A stretch of 64,000 nucleotides of DNA, from positions 1,364,001 through 1,428,000 of the forward strand of contig CM039010.1 in NCBI GenBank assembly GCA_017499595.2. Reading direction: 5' to 3'. A model generated the notes under the pieces. The model was given only the letters and a program-made list of their open reading frames with translations, ran no database searches and was not told the DNA's origin. Each line of letters begins with the position of its first letter. The stretch's first letter is position 1. The stretch is from Psilocybe cubensis. Its lineage: Eukaryota. Shown here in pieces: positions 13,357 to 25,806 of the stretch. The translations under genes were made by a program, and so were the position numbers.

Positions 13357-14672
13357 ATGGGTATTCGCCCCAACTCCAATAAACGCGTTCAGAATGAGAA
13401 CATGCCACCCTCGGCGGCGACTCGCAGCGTACTCAACGCCAAATTTGTCGCCTCTCAGAGTCCCCGCAGGACTTCACGCACTTTGCGGGACGTTCAATTT
13501 CGCAAGCGCAGCGAATCTTCCACTGGCGTTCAGACGACCAAGCGGATCGTTGGGCATGCAAAACAGCGGCAAGCTAAGAACAAAATCCGATTTACTCTGA
13601 AGTCGGCGATCCGTGGAAAGATCAACGACGTAGAGATGGCCGATGGGACGGTTCATCCATCCAGCAACACCGTTCCAATCCAGCTTCCTCAGGAGCTTGT
13701 GCGTCCTCGAGAATATAAGGCCGTCACTCCCGATATGCTCAAAGCTGTGGACCAAACCTACGACGACGACATGGGCGTCCAGTACTTCCGCGACGGTCTT
13801 GAAATTCTCGAAAAAGAGTGAGTAAAAAAATTGAATTATTCGCTCACGGGTCGTTGACTAACAGACACGTCTATAGACTCATGCAGTCGTTGGCCAGCGT
13901 GAAAATCCAAAATCAAAGGACCAAACTGCCCAGCGAGCTCGACGTCGTGGTGAACGACGCTACCATCATCCTTCCCTCGCACGTTCTAGCGGTGTTTGGG
14001 AAGGCACCTCCTCCTGGATCTTCCGCCCCACGGCAGGTTACCCTCTACCCAGTTCACAGCCTCGTGCTTAAGGCCCACTGCGCACACCTTCCGCTCCCAC
14101 CGCCTACCCTTGAGGTTCCCAACCACGTCAGTGGGGAGCAAACGGTCAAGCTACCAGTGTGGTCGATCTGCCTCCCGTCTCCTGAGGCCTATCCCGCCCT
14201 TTCTGTGTACCTCTACACCAAAGACATCCAACGGCTGCTGCGCAATCTTGTCCCAATGCCTGCTCCCGAGGACCTCCGTGTTACTCCAGGACGGACGAAA
14301 GAGTTCGGCCAACAGATGGGCCACAGGTTCTCCATCGCTATCATCGTCCGCGCCACCTTCCTCGTCTACGGGGTGTGGCAGAACATGTGCGCCTTGGGCA
14401 TCTTCGACAAGCAGCTGTGGGACACTATCGACGCTGTGTGGAATTCCATCCTCTTCGCCATGTCTGTTGCCACGGGTAATCCGACGATGCCTATCCCTCC
14501 TTATCAGCCCGTCGACGAGGGCTACGGGGAAGCGGAGCCTGCGCCTGAGGGCGAGTGCGAAGCTGGACCGTCAGGAGATGTGTCGCCGCCATCCGACGAC
14601 CTTTCACCGTCGACAAAGGATTCTGCTGGTGCGGGAAGCCAGGGACCCGAGGGCAGTGGGCCCCATCATTAG
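13357..14672 (+). CDS. clp1: Clampless1 (Clp1)-like protein, A-mating-type pathway regulator family (2 exons)
   Basis: Motifs LPQELVRP, YFRDGL, LPSELDVVVND, PSHVLAVF, VTLYPVHSLVLKAHCAHLP, LPVWSICLPSPEAYPALSVYLYTK and GVWQNMCALGIFD..LWDTID..W, recalled as typical of basidiomycete Clp1. Intron ~13818-13877. Confidence 0.8.
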
Positions 14673-15327
14673 GACTCATGCCACCCGTGCCGGAACCAAA
14701 TTTGCTATCCCTGCCGTACAAACACACCTTCGTTGCTATCACCAGCGCCGTTAAGCTCGTAATGAGCCCCTCAGACGAACCGCCCTAACGGTGGGGAGTC
14801 ATTTTCGTTAGTCCTTTGTGAATCCCCCTTTGTCCCTTAGCAAGGGATCGCCCATTTCTGTCTCTTTTTTGCATCAGCTTTGTTCTCCTATTTTTTGTTC
14901 TTTGGCCTGTGACTCAGCAGCCTTTCACTGCGTGACTGCACCATGTTTTCGGCTCTTCTTCTCTTCCTTTTACCGTCGCAATCAAATTGTACATAGACCG
15001 CATCGGCACGTCACACACGATTCTATGCCCTTTATGATACATACGTCCACGAAAGCAGATCACATCCCCTGCTTTTGGTAATTGTAACCCTATGAATGTG
15101 TTGTACAATGTTATAAAGCCAAATTTTCTGTAAACAATATGAATTTCTACATATCTCTTATCCGTCGTATCTTTGGAGCGCAAAAATGGACGACAAAATA
15201 GTTCACCGATAATACAAAATTATCGCCGTGTTGAAATGTGGCAAAAATTTTCCTGAGGCCGGCAATTCATTTCATCAGGCTCGTGTTGGCGACGCGATCA
15301 TATTCGCCGTCGCGACAGCACCACGTA

Positions 15328-15919
15328 AGATTGGGCTCATCAGGAACCAGCACCCCCTTAGGTAAGCAAAAGTTGGCTTACCTCCGAACCTTTTCAACCC
15401 TTCTGCACTCACACTATTCTACATTTTTGAACCACAGATATGTAGGTTATGCTTCTTTGAACACATCTGTGGTTTTTTTTTTCAAAAAAATTTTGATCTC
15501 AAGAAGTTATAAAGATTTTAATTTTTTTCCTTTTTTTTTAGTCTAACACGTCAGAAATGGTGTTTTCTCGAGTTTGGGAGATTTTCGAAAATTTGACAAT
15601 GTTCTTTTGGCCGCTTATATAATGGTACACGTGACCACACGTGACAATAAGTCACGCCTAAGTAATACCTCTCAGACTCATTATGGACTTCCAGAGACTA
15701 CAATTTGACCTCTGAGGTGTAATTCTATTATTGTGGGCATAAAGGCTAGTAGTAAGGATTGTATATGCACATTTATGAATTTTTTTTTTTTAAACTTTTT
15801 GTCTGAAACCATTTTCCGTCAACATAACTTTTGATTTTTTTTTCGAGCTGGATTTTGGCCGCTCTTGGCGCCAAGCCCATTGATTACGTAAGGGTGCTGG
15901 TTTCTGATGAGCCCAATCT
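15328..15919. mobile_element. MITE with ~40-bp TIRs and TA target-site duplication (Tc1/mariner-type, non-autonomous)
   Basis: Left agattgggctcatcaggaaccagcacccccttaggtaa; reverse complement of right end agattgggctcatcagaaaccagcacccttacgtaa. TA at 15326-15327 and 15920-15921. AT-rich non-coding interior. Confidence 0.8.
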
Positions 15920-18900
15920 TAAGTACGAGCAGTCGACGCGCTCGTCGCCACTGGTCGGGCCTGATCACACTCGTGCGACCGTGCTGCTCAACTTCAAGTC
16001 GTCTGTGTACCCGCCTATCTACCTATCCACCAGGCTGTTTCTATTGGATATCATACATTTCTAGTCATCCTCTGCTATCGACTACACCCCGCCCATGCCT
16101 ACTACTGCTAATTGACGCCCGCAGTCGACTGTGTTTTGGCATCGCCAGCCCACGGCGTTAACACGGAAACTTTCGGCCCACGTTTCAAGGCATTTCTACG
16201 GACTTCTACACCCTTTCGATAAATAAACCCTTGCAGTTTGTTCTTTGTGCAGGACCATACTCATAATTGTTGCATTAGACTATATCCGTCCAAAGGATTT
16301 ATACGGTGAATTTCCTTTTGGCATTAGCAGTTTTATTCAAAATTCTGAGCCGGTATATCTTGTGCATTTGATTGTTGACGGGGATGGTAGTTCAGGATTT
16401 TTCTAGGTTCTTTGTGGTCATTTCCATTTTTGGGTTTTGGTGTGACTATGGATTTAGGAATCAAGGCACAGGGTAGGTAGTCCATCGGCCATCGAAAACG
16501 TCGTTGCTTGAAGCAAAATACATAAAAGATAGTATTCTTCAAAGGATTTTTTATTTCAAATTTTCTCTATTTTAATTTTTTGTAGAAGTTTCCCAGAATA
16601 AAACACAAACAACATACTCATTGCGGTGGCTCATGATCTTGTTTGTTCTTTGGACAAGTCTTGAGAATTCTAGGCGACCAAGCACGATTTTCTGGGACCT
16701 TGCTGGCTCCGGGTGAACCACATACCAATACTAGTTCTAGTAGTACCAGTATCCCTAGGTCCAACTTGGATTATCAATTACTGCGTGTGTACTGCGTCGG
16801 CGGCATTAGAAGGGTTTATCGTTGAAGACCATCGCTTGTAATTGAAAAACGTTGCACTTATATACAAGACCATTGTCTAAAATAGAATGTGGATCTCATG
16901 ATGAACCGTCGATTCCCACGACCTATTCGCGGTGGGAGTAAACATGCTGTCAATGACACAAACCGCATTTGGAAGCCTTGGGTCTGGCAGCCAGTCTGGG
17001 AACGGTGTTTTTACTCGTTCACAGGGTTTCGTATTTGGCGAGCTCTGCCCTGCAAGTGTTTGGAGACAATTTTAACAAGTATAGGAAGGATATCATGTGA
17101 CTCATGTCCCAAGTAACGTAAGTAAGATACTCATCACTTGTGTGCGGCTTGATGATAAACCCACGAAAGACATCATCAGTGATATCCCCAAATTATACGC
17201 CATATGCTGGACTTTGATGGAGTTGTTCCCGACGCCCGTTAACCGTTCGGAAGTCGGAAATTGCACTTCAAGGTATGGGAGGACGTCATGATTTATAATT
17301 TATGATTGTCGATGCTATCAGCTCGGGCTTTGGCGCGACTGATTCGGCGCGACAGCAATTATTGCTCTCTTGGAGATGAACTATGTTGATGAAGCTCCAG
17401 ACTTACCGCTAGGCATCAGCATGGCATTAGCGCCATTATTCAATCTAATTGTACCGTGTAAATTGGAAACAGAGGCAGCGGCGCAGCGCGACCGTAAAGA
17501 ACTGTGAAATGATGTATTTAACGTGCGTATTACGTTAATATTGCAATGAGTGGCGAGGGCTGTGAAGGTGATTTGGAATTGGATATTTCGCCGTTTCTGA
17601 CCGGCGTTGTGAGACTTCGCGTTGACCTGGAAAAACGGATCGACAACAGCTCCGGCTACTGCAAGTTGTAAACGAGATACAATGAAATTAGTGCCACATC
17701 AAGGACGACCTTGGGACGCGAAGTCGGACAGCAGCGGCCCGCCCTTACTAACCATTCATCACGACAATTATTGTTCTCTGGTGGAAATACGATGCTCATA
17801 CATGGGCGCGAGTCTAACGCTTGAGTGTGTTCTGATTAACGACCTGCATCGTGAAAACCAGAGAGGTTTACATTATCAGACAAGTGTCAAAGAATCATCA
17901 GAATAGAGGGTCAGAAGAACCACCGAACATCAAGAAGCTTCTTCAGCGGTGGGTATGTGATGAGGGGCACAGGAACACACACAACTGAAGTCTGATCGAG
18001 GTCCAACAAAGTATAGATGAAACGCGAAAAAAAAAGTTGTGTGGGGTTTATCACAGAGGACGTACCAAAGAGGACAAGAACATCACAGAGACCAGAGTGG
18101 GAGAAAGGGCGGAAACAGGCGGAGAGAAAGCTTCTGTTGCACAAGATGGGAGAAACTAGGGGTGTACCGAGTCCGGTGCACAAGTTTGTCGGATGGGTCC
18201 ACAACGCCGGTTGTATCAATCAGATGAATCGGGCAAAACGTCTGAAAATGTTCAGAATCGTGTCCAAAATTGAAGAGAAAAAAATATTAGGGTAGATTGT
18301 GTGATATAGGTTGCGGGTGCCCAAGGCGGTGTCCAAGGCGTACATAGTGTACCGCATAATGCGAGGAGTTAAGTAAATAAAATAAACAAGTAAGTAAGGA
18401 TTAGACAAGGATATAGTTATAGATAAAATAAAAATTGAAAGGAAGAAGCTTTAAAAGCGGGTTATACTAGATCATGCGATCCAAGATTAGAAATGAAGAT
18501 AGTTAGAGGAAGATTGGCCGTAGAATAATAGTATCATCTGATAGTATAGGGGTATCAATGTGGAATGGCAAAGAAACGCGCAATAGAGCAAGGAAGTCTG
18601 CGAAAACAAAATAAGAGCAGAATAACATGGCCTGAAACAAAAGCATAAACGATAGGATGTGCATCTGGAGGAGAAAATCATACGAGTTGGATAGCGGTGA
18701 GTCTGGATTGAGGAGCCTGGACTACAGAAGGAAAGAAGACAAAACAAGAGATTGAAAGGACTGAAAGGCGGTTTAGCGGTTGCCAAACGATGGGAAATTC
18801 AATAGCAAATCCTTTAAACGTTATGGTTTGGTCGTAAGAATCGGAGTTGGGTCGTGCAGAGTGTCCAGGAAGGGAAGTGGAAAAAAGGGTTGTTTGAGAG

Positions 18901-18934
18901 GAAAGGAGCGACAGCACGTAGGCGGAAACCGCGT

Positions 18935-19684
18935 TTAGGATTGTTGAGCCAGCTTGGTGCGAAGCTGGAGGCGACGAGCTTCATTCGTTACATGCAACGC
19001 CGTTTGTACAGCTTGTATCATCCGGGAGTTACTTAGTGCCAGTGCGAGAATGTTCTTCCACAAGCCATGGTTATGCCTGTGGAAGGTATCCACCTCGGCG
19101 TGTGATCGTCTTGAAAGGATTGTGGACATTGCGGCCGCGTTTGGGAATTCCCCCACGACATCTACAGGAAGTAGCTTCCAAGCGAGGAGGTTATGGTTGG
19201 TCTCAAGGCCCATGGCGAAGAGAAGAAGAAGGGCAAGGGATGGGACGTGCGGTACTCTGATAGGAACCACAGGAAGGTTGACATAGAGGACTTGGGAGTC
19301 TCCAACAGTCAAAGAGCGTGGTATGGGAGCAATCGAGCCGGGTGCAGCAGGTGGTACGTTGAGATCGGTGCGGAAACCGCGTTCGAAGAGGGTGAGATCA
19401 ATTGGGAGCATCAAAGGCGTGGTATTGTCTGGATCCTGGTCGGACTGGGTCGCGGCGAGCAGGTGCGTTGGCATACGAGCGTCGCGGACGACGTACATAT
19501 CAAATGTGGGCCCAAGGGCTGAACCAGTAGGCGTTGGCGTGTCCCGGACATTGAAGTAGGAATAAAGTGCCCTAGAACATGAGAATATATCAGGATATGA
19601 AGCCTCTCAATGAGACCCGAGAGACGCTACGTACTGGACAGCATTTGGAGCAGATTCAAGGTATGAAGGTTGTTTCATTGACAT
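18935..19684 (-). CDS. Short divergent Clp1-like paralogue (2 exons)
   Basis: MSMKQPSYLESAPNAVQ/ALYSYFNVRD...MPTHLLA...LPVVPIRVPHVPSLALLLLF...HGLWKNILALAL. These blocks parallel PSHVLA, LPVWSICLPSP..L and GVWQNMCALG in the Clp1 gene at 13357. Confidence 0.6.
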
Positions 19685-22351
19685 GGCAATCGATTTTGAG
19701 AGTAGTTGGGTTGATTTCGTATGATAATGGCGTGAAAATGGACAGAGTCGCGTCGTTCTACGTGTGTGTCGTAAATAGCGGGCGTCTAGACGCGTGTATG
19801 TGGTATAAAAGAGAGAAAGGGATAGGGAATAATAAATGGGTCGTAGTAGGAATGAAATGAAATAGAAAAAGGAACAAAATGTGTTAGGACGTGTACGTAC
19901 ACTTGCAAGTCCGCTTCTCGGCAAGATAATCGGGAGTCAAATGCCTATTTCTATCCGAGACCTCTGGCTTGACTCGCCTCCGAGATCCTCGATGTCCGTC
20001 AGTTGGTCCTTTTAGACATCAATCCAACGCACTTCCTCCGAGGTTAATGCCTAATATTTCACCGCTAATTTTTTTTCCTTTTTGCATATGGAATAAAATC
20101 AGCCACGAGGTTTTTTTTTTTTGAATATGGCTCACTGTCAATCTTTCTTCCCAGGTCCTGACAAACAACAAGGTGACAACCCAACAAATTATGCGCGGAA
20201 TCGCCTGCTTCTGTGGCAAATGCACTGAGAGTCGGAGTGAGAAGACAGAGGAAATGGATTGTGCTGAGATGCAACGGACCGTCGGTTATCTTACCAGGCA
20301 CCGTCAGAGTCTTCACGTCCGTGAAACTGTGCATAACGACCGATTCAGGATTCCCAACTCGTTGACGACGTATGCATGCAGCTTTCAGAAATACTCCCAA
20401 ATATGTCCTTTTGAACCTGAACACGCTGCAATTTTGCGTTCTAAATTCGTTTAGCGGCATTTCACGACTAGAGCGCTCATACTACGTCCCAACTCACTGG
20501 ACGCGTTTGGTCGAAAGTAGAATTGGAACTTAGCGGCTCGGGGGGCGGGGTGATGAAACAAGGGTTGAGTCCACATCACATTTGTAGATTGAGTGGCTTT
20601 CACGCTCTTTTTAATTTAAACAGGTGACGGGAGTCGGGACAGGTCAACTAGTATGAAACGCCACCTCCAGCCAAAAAAACTTCTTCCGGACACGTACACA
20701 AAGTTCGCCAGTTCCCTCCAAGTTGCAAATCCAGTTTTCCAACATTTTCAAGCTGACATGGCTGTGCGAGAATATTTCCCAACGCCAAGTTCTTGCTCTG
20801 CTCCCCGTCTACCTGGCATCTCTAGAACTGACGTATCAATTCCACGGCGAAAATCAGTTGGATCCCTTCGGTTTGAGCTTTTCTGTGGCGGGTCTGCTTT
20901 ACAACAGTACGACACTGAAAACTATTGCATCCAATCATTCTATTCATGAACCTGTATATGATGATAAGGATACTAAGATCAGCCGTTCGCGCTCATTTAT
21001 CCTTATTCCTTTCGATTCAATTCATCAAAAATGTTTTAGGAACTCGAGTCCATCCACCTTGCTGGGCAATACCTGCTTCCTTGGCCCGCTTCCTGCTTCC
21101 TGTGGGGCGCTTGTGGCTGATCCGGAGCCTATATTTCGAACGATCATTCCGCCTCGAGGTCTCCAGGACTCGCACACTCTCGCTTGACTCCAAGACTTAT
21201 CACCTCGATTTCAGGACTGGGCAAAATTTTTGTCTTCTTTATTTGCCGAAACCCCTCGATTCTATTCTAATGTACTTCCATCATTAATCCTTTCGTAGTG
21301 GGCCCCACCGTGTTCATCATTCAAGCATCATTTCAATTTTTTGCCTTCCGAAATCCAATCTGTTGGATCTGATTTTCTGTAAATGACTTCCTTCGACCCG
21401 TTAACCTTACTTTTCTCTGGAGGAGACCTGCCTTTTCATAGCTGTTAAGTTCAGGTGCGTGCCTTTATTAGACTTTTGAAATTTGTCAAACCACTTTTTG
21501 TGCGAGGCTAAAGTATTTTAGGAGACCGTTTTGATTTATGATCATACGAGGATGACTCAAGATTCAATGTGTTATCCGCGGATGGATATTCCTACCGCGT
21601 TAAAGAATAAAGCAGATTATTAGCGTGTACAACTTCAACCCATCAATGGATAGCTGTTGCATATGTTTGTCGACAATCAATCAAAATTCTTCAGAAGTTG
21701 CTTTGAGTTTAAATCAACTTTGTTAATGGACAAGCTAATTATACCACTTGCAATAACCCACACTAATTGAGTACACCAATCCAATGGAACAACGCCAGCA
21801 CAGGTCAAGATGTTTTTAAGTCGCAATTAAATGGTACGCTCCGTCCACATAAGGCACTACCAAACATCTATTGACATAGGATAGCTTGCTGCGCAGCAGG
21901 GTCCACAAACCCCGCCCACTAAAGTACACTGAGGCATGAAAGAAGCCTGCAAAGAATGCTAACAAAGGGTTAGAAAAACATGGTGTTATGTCCGGACTCT
22001 GTCAGCCCTGTCAGATCGTATGTTAGTTACCCAACGTTTAGACGGATTGTATTCAAATTAGCATGCGGCAAGGCGTCAAAAGGATTAAAGTAGGACCACG
22101 CCTATTTAATTTCCGGTTTACGCCGTTAGTTATTTTGACCATGATCAGTCAATGTCGGGGTTTGAGGGCAAACGATGTTCGGATTGACCGACTGACATAT
22201 TGGTTCAATACTCAACATGAGGTTATACCTCGCTTTCCCCCCTCCTTGACTGGTCCTCTTTCTTACTCAGTAGCTGAAAATTACCCCTGCAATTTTGGCT
22301 GGTAAAAAACCAGCAGCACTCGCCGCCATCAATAGTATTTTGAGGAGGTTG

Positions 22352-23643
22352 TTAAAGAAAAATAGAAGGGTCGAGTTTACGAAGATTTGCACACTTTATT
22401 TTTCCATCCATCATGAGCTCTGTGAGAGCTCTAGCCGTTCCCGGAGCATTAGAGATACCCTGGATATATCCACCGTCGGTGAGCGTTGATTACACTTGTT
22501 CAATTGACTTGAATAACAACTCACCCAACAGGTATGGCCAGTTCCTATGAAGAGGCCTTTCGCAATCTGTTTCGCCTCCCCAATCATTGGGCCTCCTCCA
22601 GTACTCACAGAAGGCAAATAACACGCCTGCTTTTTCTCTACGACACCCTCGCGTAGCTGTTTCGAAATACTGGAAACGTGTCTGTAGATCAAATCGCATG
22701 ATGTCTGGTCGACGACAACTTCGTCCACAGTGTCCGGCAGAGGACAATCGTCGCCCGGGCCACAGGCGTAAACTTCGTTATCCGGCCGCGCGTATATTTC
22801 AGGGGAGGAGTGGGCTCTTGTGGGAGGTTCTGTGATCTCCGTGAATAGGACGTAGGGTGAAATGGTAACGCCTTCCTTGGGACGGATGGTTATACTGTGC
22901 GCACGAGTGGCTTGGATGGGCAGTTCAGATACAATTGAGGGAGACCATGCTCCAGCGGCTAAGAGGACCTGTGTTGCGGATATACGCTCTGTATTGTGAG
23001 TAGTCGGGCATATATATTCGACTCCGGTGACTGAGCCATTGTCTTGCAGGATGGAAGTGACCTTTCCACGAATGCAAGTGACGCCGTTCTGTTTGGCCAA
23101 TTCGTACATGCTGGTGGTGAATAAATATGGGTGTACCTGGGCGGTGTGCCCGTCTCTGGCCATTGGAGAATAGGAGTCCGTGAGCTCCTCATGCACCCAA
23201 TCGAGGTCCTCGGGAAGAGAATTCTTTTTGCGCGATTTGCCACCTCGCAAAGGCTTCTGACCGCCCGGCAAACCAAGTTCTTTCTCCAAGCTTTTGTTGG
23301 CGTTGCTTGTCCTTTCTTCTTCCTTCGAGAGATTAACGGCTGTCTCTCCACGTCCCTCCCAACTCCCACAACCTACATATCTCCATCCCCACCGATCTTT
23401 GCCATTGTGCTCTTCAGCAAGCTTGACATGCTCCTCAAACGAGACATCAACGATTTCCTTGGGGTATGCCCACCGTGCGACAAGACCGCCAGCCTTCCCG
23501 GACGCACCCTGGGCAGGACCGTGTTCAGATGCCTCGATCAGCGTAATTTTGGCGCTCGATGATGAGGGGTGGCGGGAAAGATAGTACGCCGTTGTACAGC
23601 CAATAATTCCGCCGCCGATGATTACAATTTCACGCGTTGACAT
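22352..23643 (-). CDS. FAD-dependent oxidoreductase, DAO/glycine oxidase family (Tda3-like)
   Basis: IVIIGGGIIGCTTAYYL Rossmann motif, GASGKAGG, TAQVHPYLFT, QACYLP, and GTGHTCW/GISNAPGTA across one 3' intron. Confidence 0.9.
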
Positions 23644-25806
23644 TGTGGGTGGTATAGATGTGCGTTGGTGGTGAAAAATGTGTACTTTGGGGGCTCCTGG
23701 CAAGGCTCCTATTCACCGTCGAGAATTGCATCATGATCTTGGTGTATGCCACCGCCGCCGGATACAGCGGGTGTGGGATCCCGTGCCGGTCCGTTAACGT
23801 GGGGTGGAGTTGGTTTATTTGCACAGGTCTGCCATCTTCCACCATCGACGCGACTAAACGCTAGAACATTTGTTTATAGGTATTCTGTTCAAACTATTTA
23901 ACGTTGTCAATGGATTATGGTGCCCAAGCGATAGCCGTTACTTGAACGTCATTGGCAGCTTCAAAATTCGTCGCGAGTTCGAATTCCACCTTACAAACCT
24001 TCACACCAGCCTTGGGTCTTCCCTTACACTTGATTTGCCATATATTTTTGCGACGATATCGATCTCTACTCGAACTTGTCCTCACTTGTTTGGCGATTCT
24101 TTTAGGGCAGAAAGCCTGTATCCAAAGCGTCCTTTCTTTCCCACCTTGGTACTCAGACCTCCCCCTCTCAATACACCAGGCTCTCACAAGCTGCAAAGGA
24201 CAAATTATCTACAATCAAGACATGCTATTCGGAAAATGCAATGCGGCTGCCACAATATATAGATAGACGTGCGGTTGGTCCCAAGTTTGTTGAAGTTGAC
24301 ATAACTTTATAACAAGGACCATCAAATACACCAAATTGCACAAGATGTTGTGGACAACAATAGCGATATTAGTTCTTTGACACACACCCTCCGGATATCC
24401 TCTCACTCCGACGAGTCCCGCCAATGAGTAAGTTGTTTGATGATCTTCGAAGTTCACTAGTGTGCGAGATGGAATACTTTTTCTAGATCCCTGTCAAATG
24501 CATGTTCTATATCCTCTTCTTTCAACGTCCTCCTGAAGGTGTGAATTCAATAGCAATTCACAAGTACAGCTGAAGAAAAGCACCAATTTATTTGCCAACA
24601 ATTTCTCCGGGAGTTCAATAAGGATTTTGTATCAAATTTCTATTCACACGTCAAAAGTTAAATACGACACTGCAGTACCCGGAATTTACTTGCGTTGAAT
24701 GAAGGATGGCATTGAGAAAATGTACTCAATAAGTAATTTAGTCTCTTCACAGAGGTTTCAATTCATCCACCTTCAGCAAATGAACAAGGGATTTGATCGG
24801 CGTTTGCACGCTGCTGCAAATGGGAGATTCAAATGTAGACCTCTGGTGGTTATACTCTAGTTACTCCGATCCTTTGACTACCAGTCTGAGAAGATGCAAT
24901 GGATCAAAACAAGTGAAAATGAGCGGATAACAAGGAAGCGGAACGATGGTCGCGGACGACATTTGCATCCGGACCGTGGTTAGTGAGGCGTGGGAATGCA
25001 TTTTTGTTTTCCGCCGAGTGTATGCCGAAGCCTGTCTTTTAGTGGTCAACTTTGTTTCTCTCCCTCGTTAATTTTCATGCCGACTCAATTTTCGCAAGAA
25101 TACCTTGTGATACATATCAAAACCTTCAAACTGAATGAACTACCTGACTTGGCTTTTATTCCTATTGAATGGCTGCCGCTTGGGTTTGGGAATAGCACAT
25201 TATGGGGTGTGTAATTGGTGATATGGGAGCGCCACGGATAGCAGTTTAGCAGCCAGCTGAATATCGGACAAAGAAGCGAGTCGGAGTGGACGTTTCCCTT
25301 CCGTGTGCGCGTGCAAACACGATCCAGGTTCCCTTTCGCGCGTGGATTTACTTTATTTGGGCTTCGTATGATCTCGAAATGCGTCTAACCCGGACAGAAC
25401 GAGAGGTCAGGCATCACACCTTCTTCAAGATTAAACCATCGGATCCGGTTTAGGCACTGCTGGTTCTTTGTGCCTATATAATCGAGGGGCTCACGGTTGT
25501 ACCGACCTTCTCTTTCCCCCTTGAATTGGTATACCCTCGCAGTTTTTCTTCCTTCAAGTCGTGGACACGCATTTCCAGACCAACCCCTTTGGATTGGACT
25601 TAGCAACGAGATATATACATTTATAAGGGGTACGCAAAGAGTTCTATCTTCTCTACTCATCGCTGGGGACCTGAACAGTCGGCTTGGAATTTTTTTGATA
25701 GCATTTGTCCTCTCTTTCGCTTTCACTCCTTCATATTCTTTCTTTCGTCTCGCCCTTGGACAAAAGACAATCATTACCCATATTCACAGGAAAGAAACTC
25801 ATCGCC

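Noticed and set aside
23870-25214. Scattered ORFs upstream of the oxidoreductase
   Set aside because: No coherent gene model or family signature.
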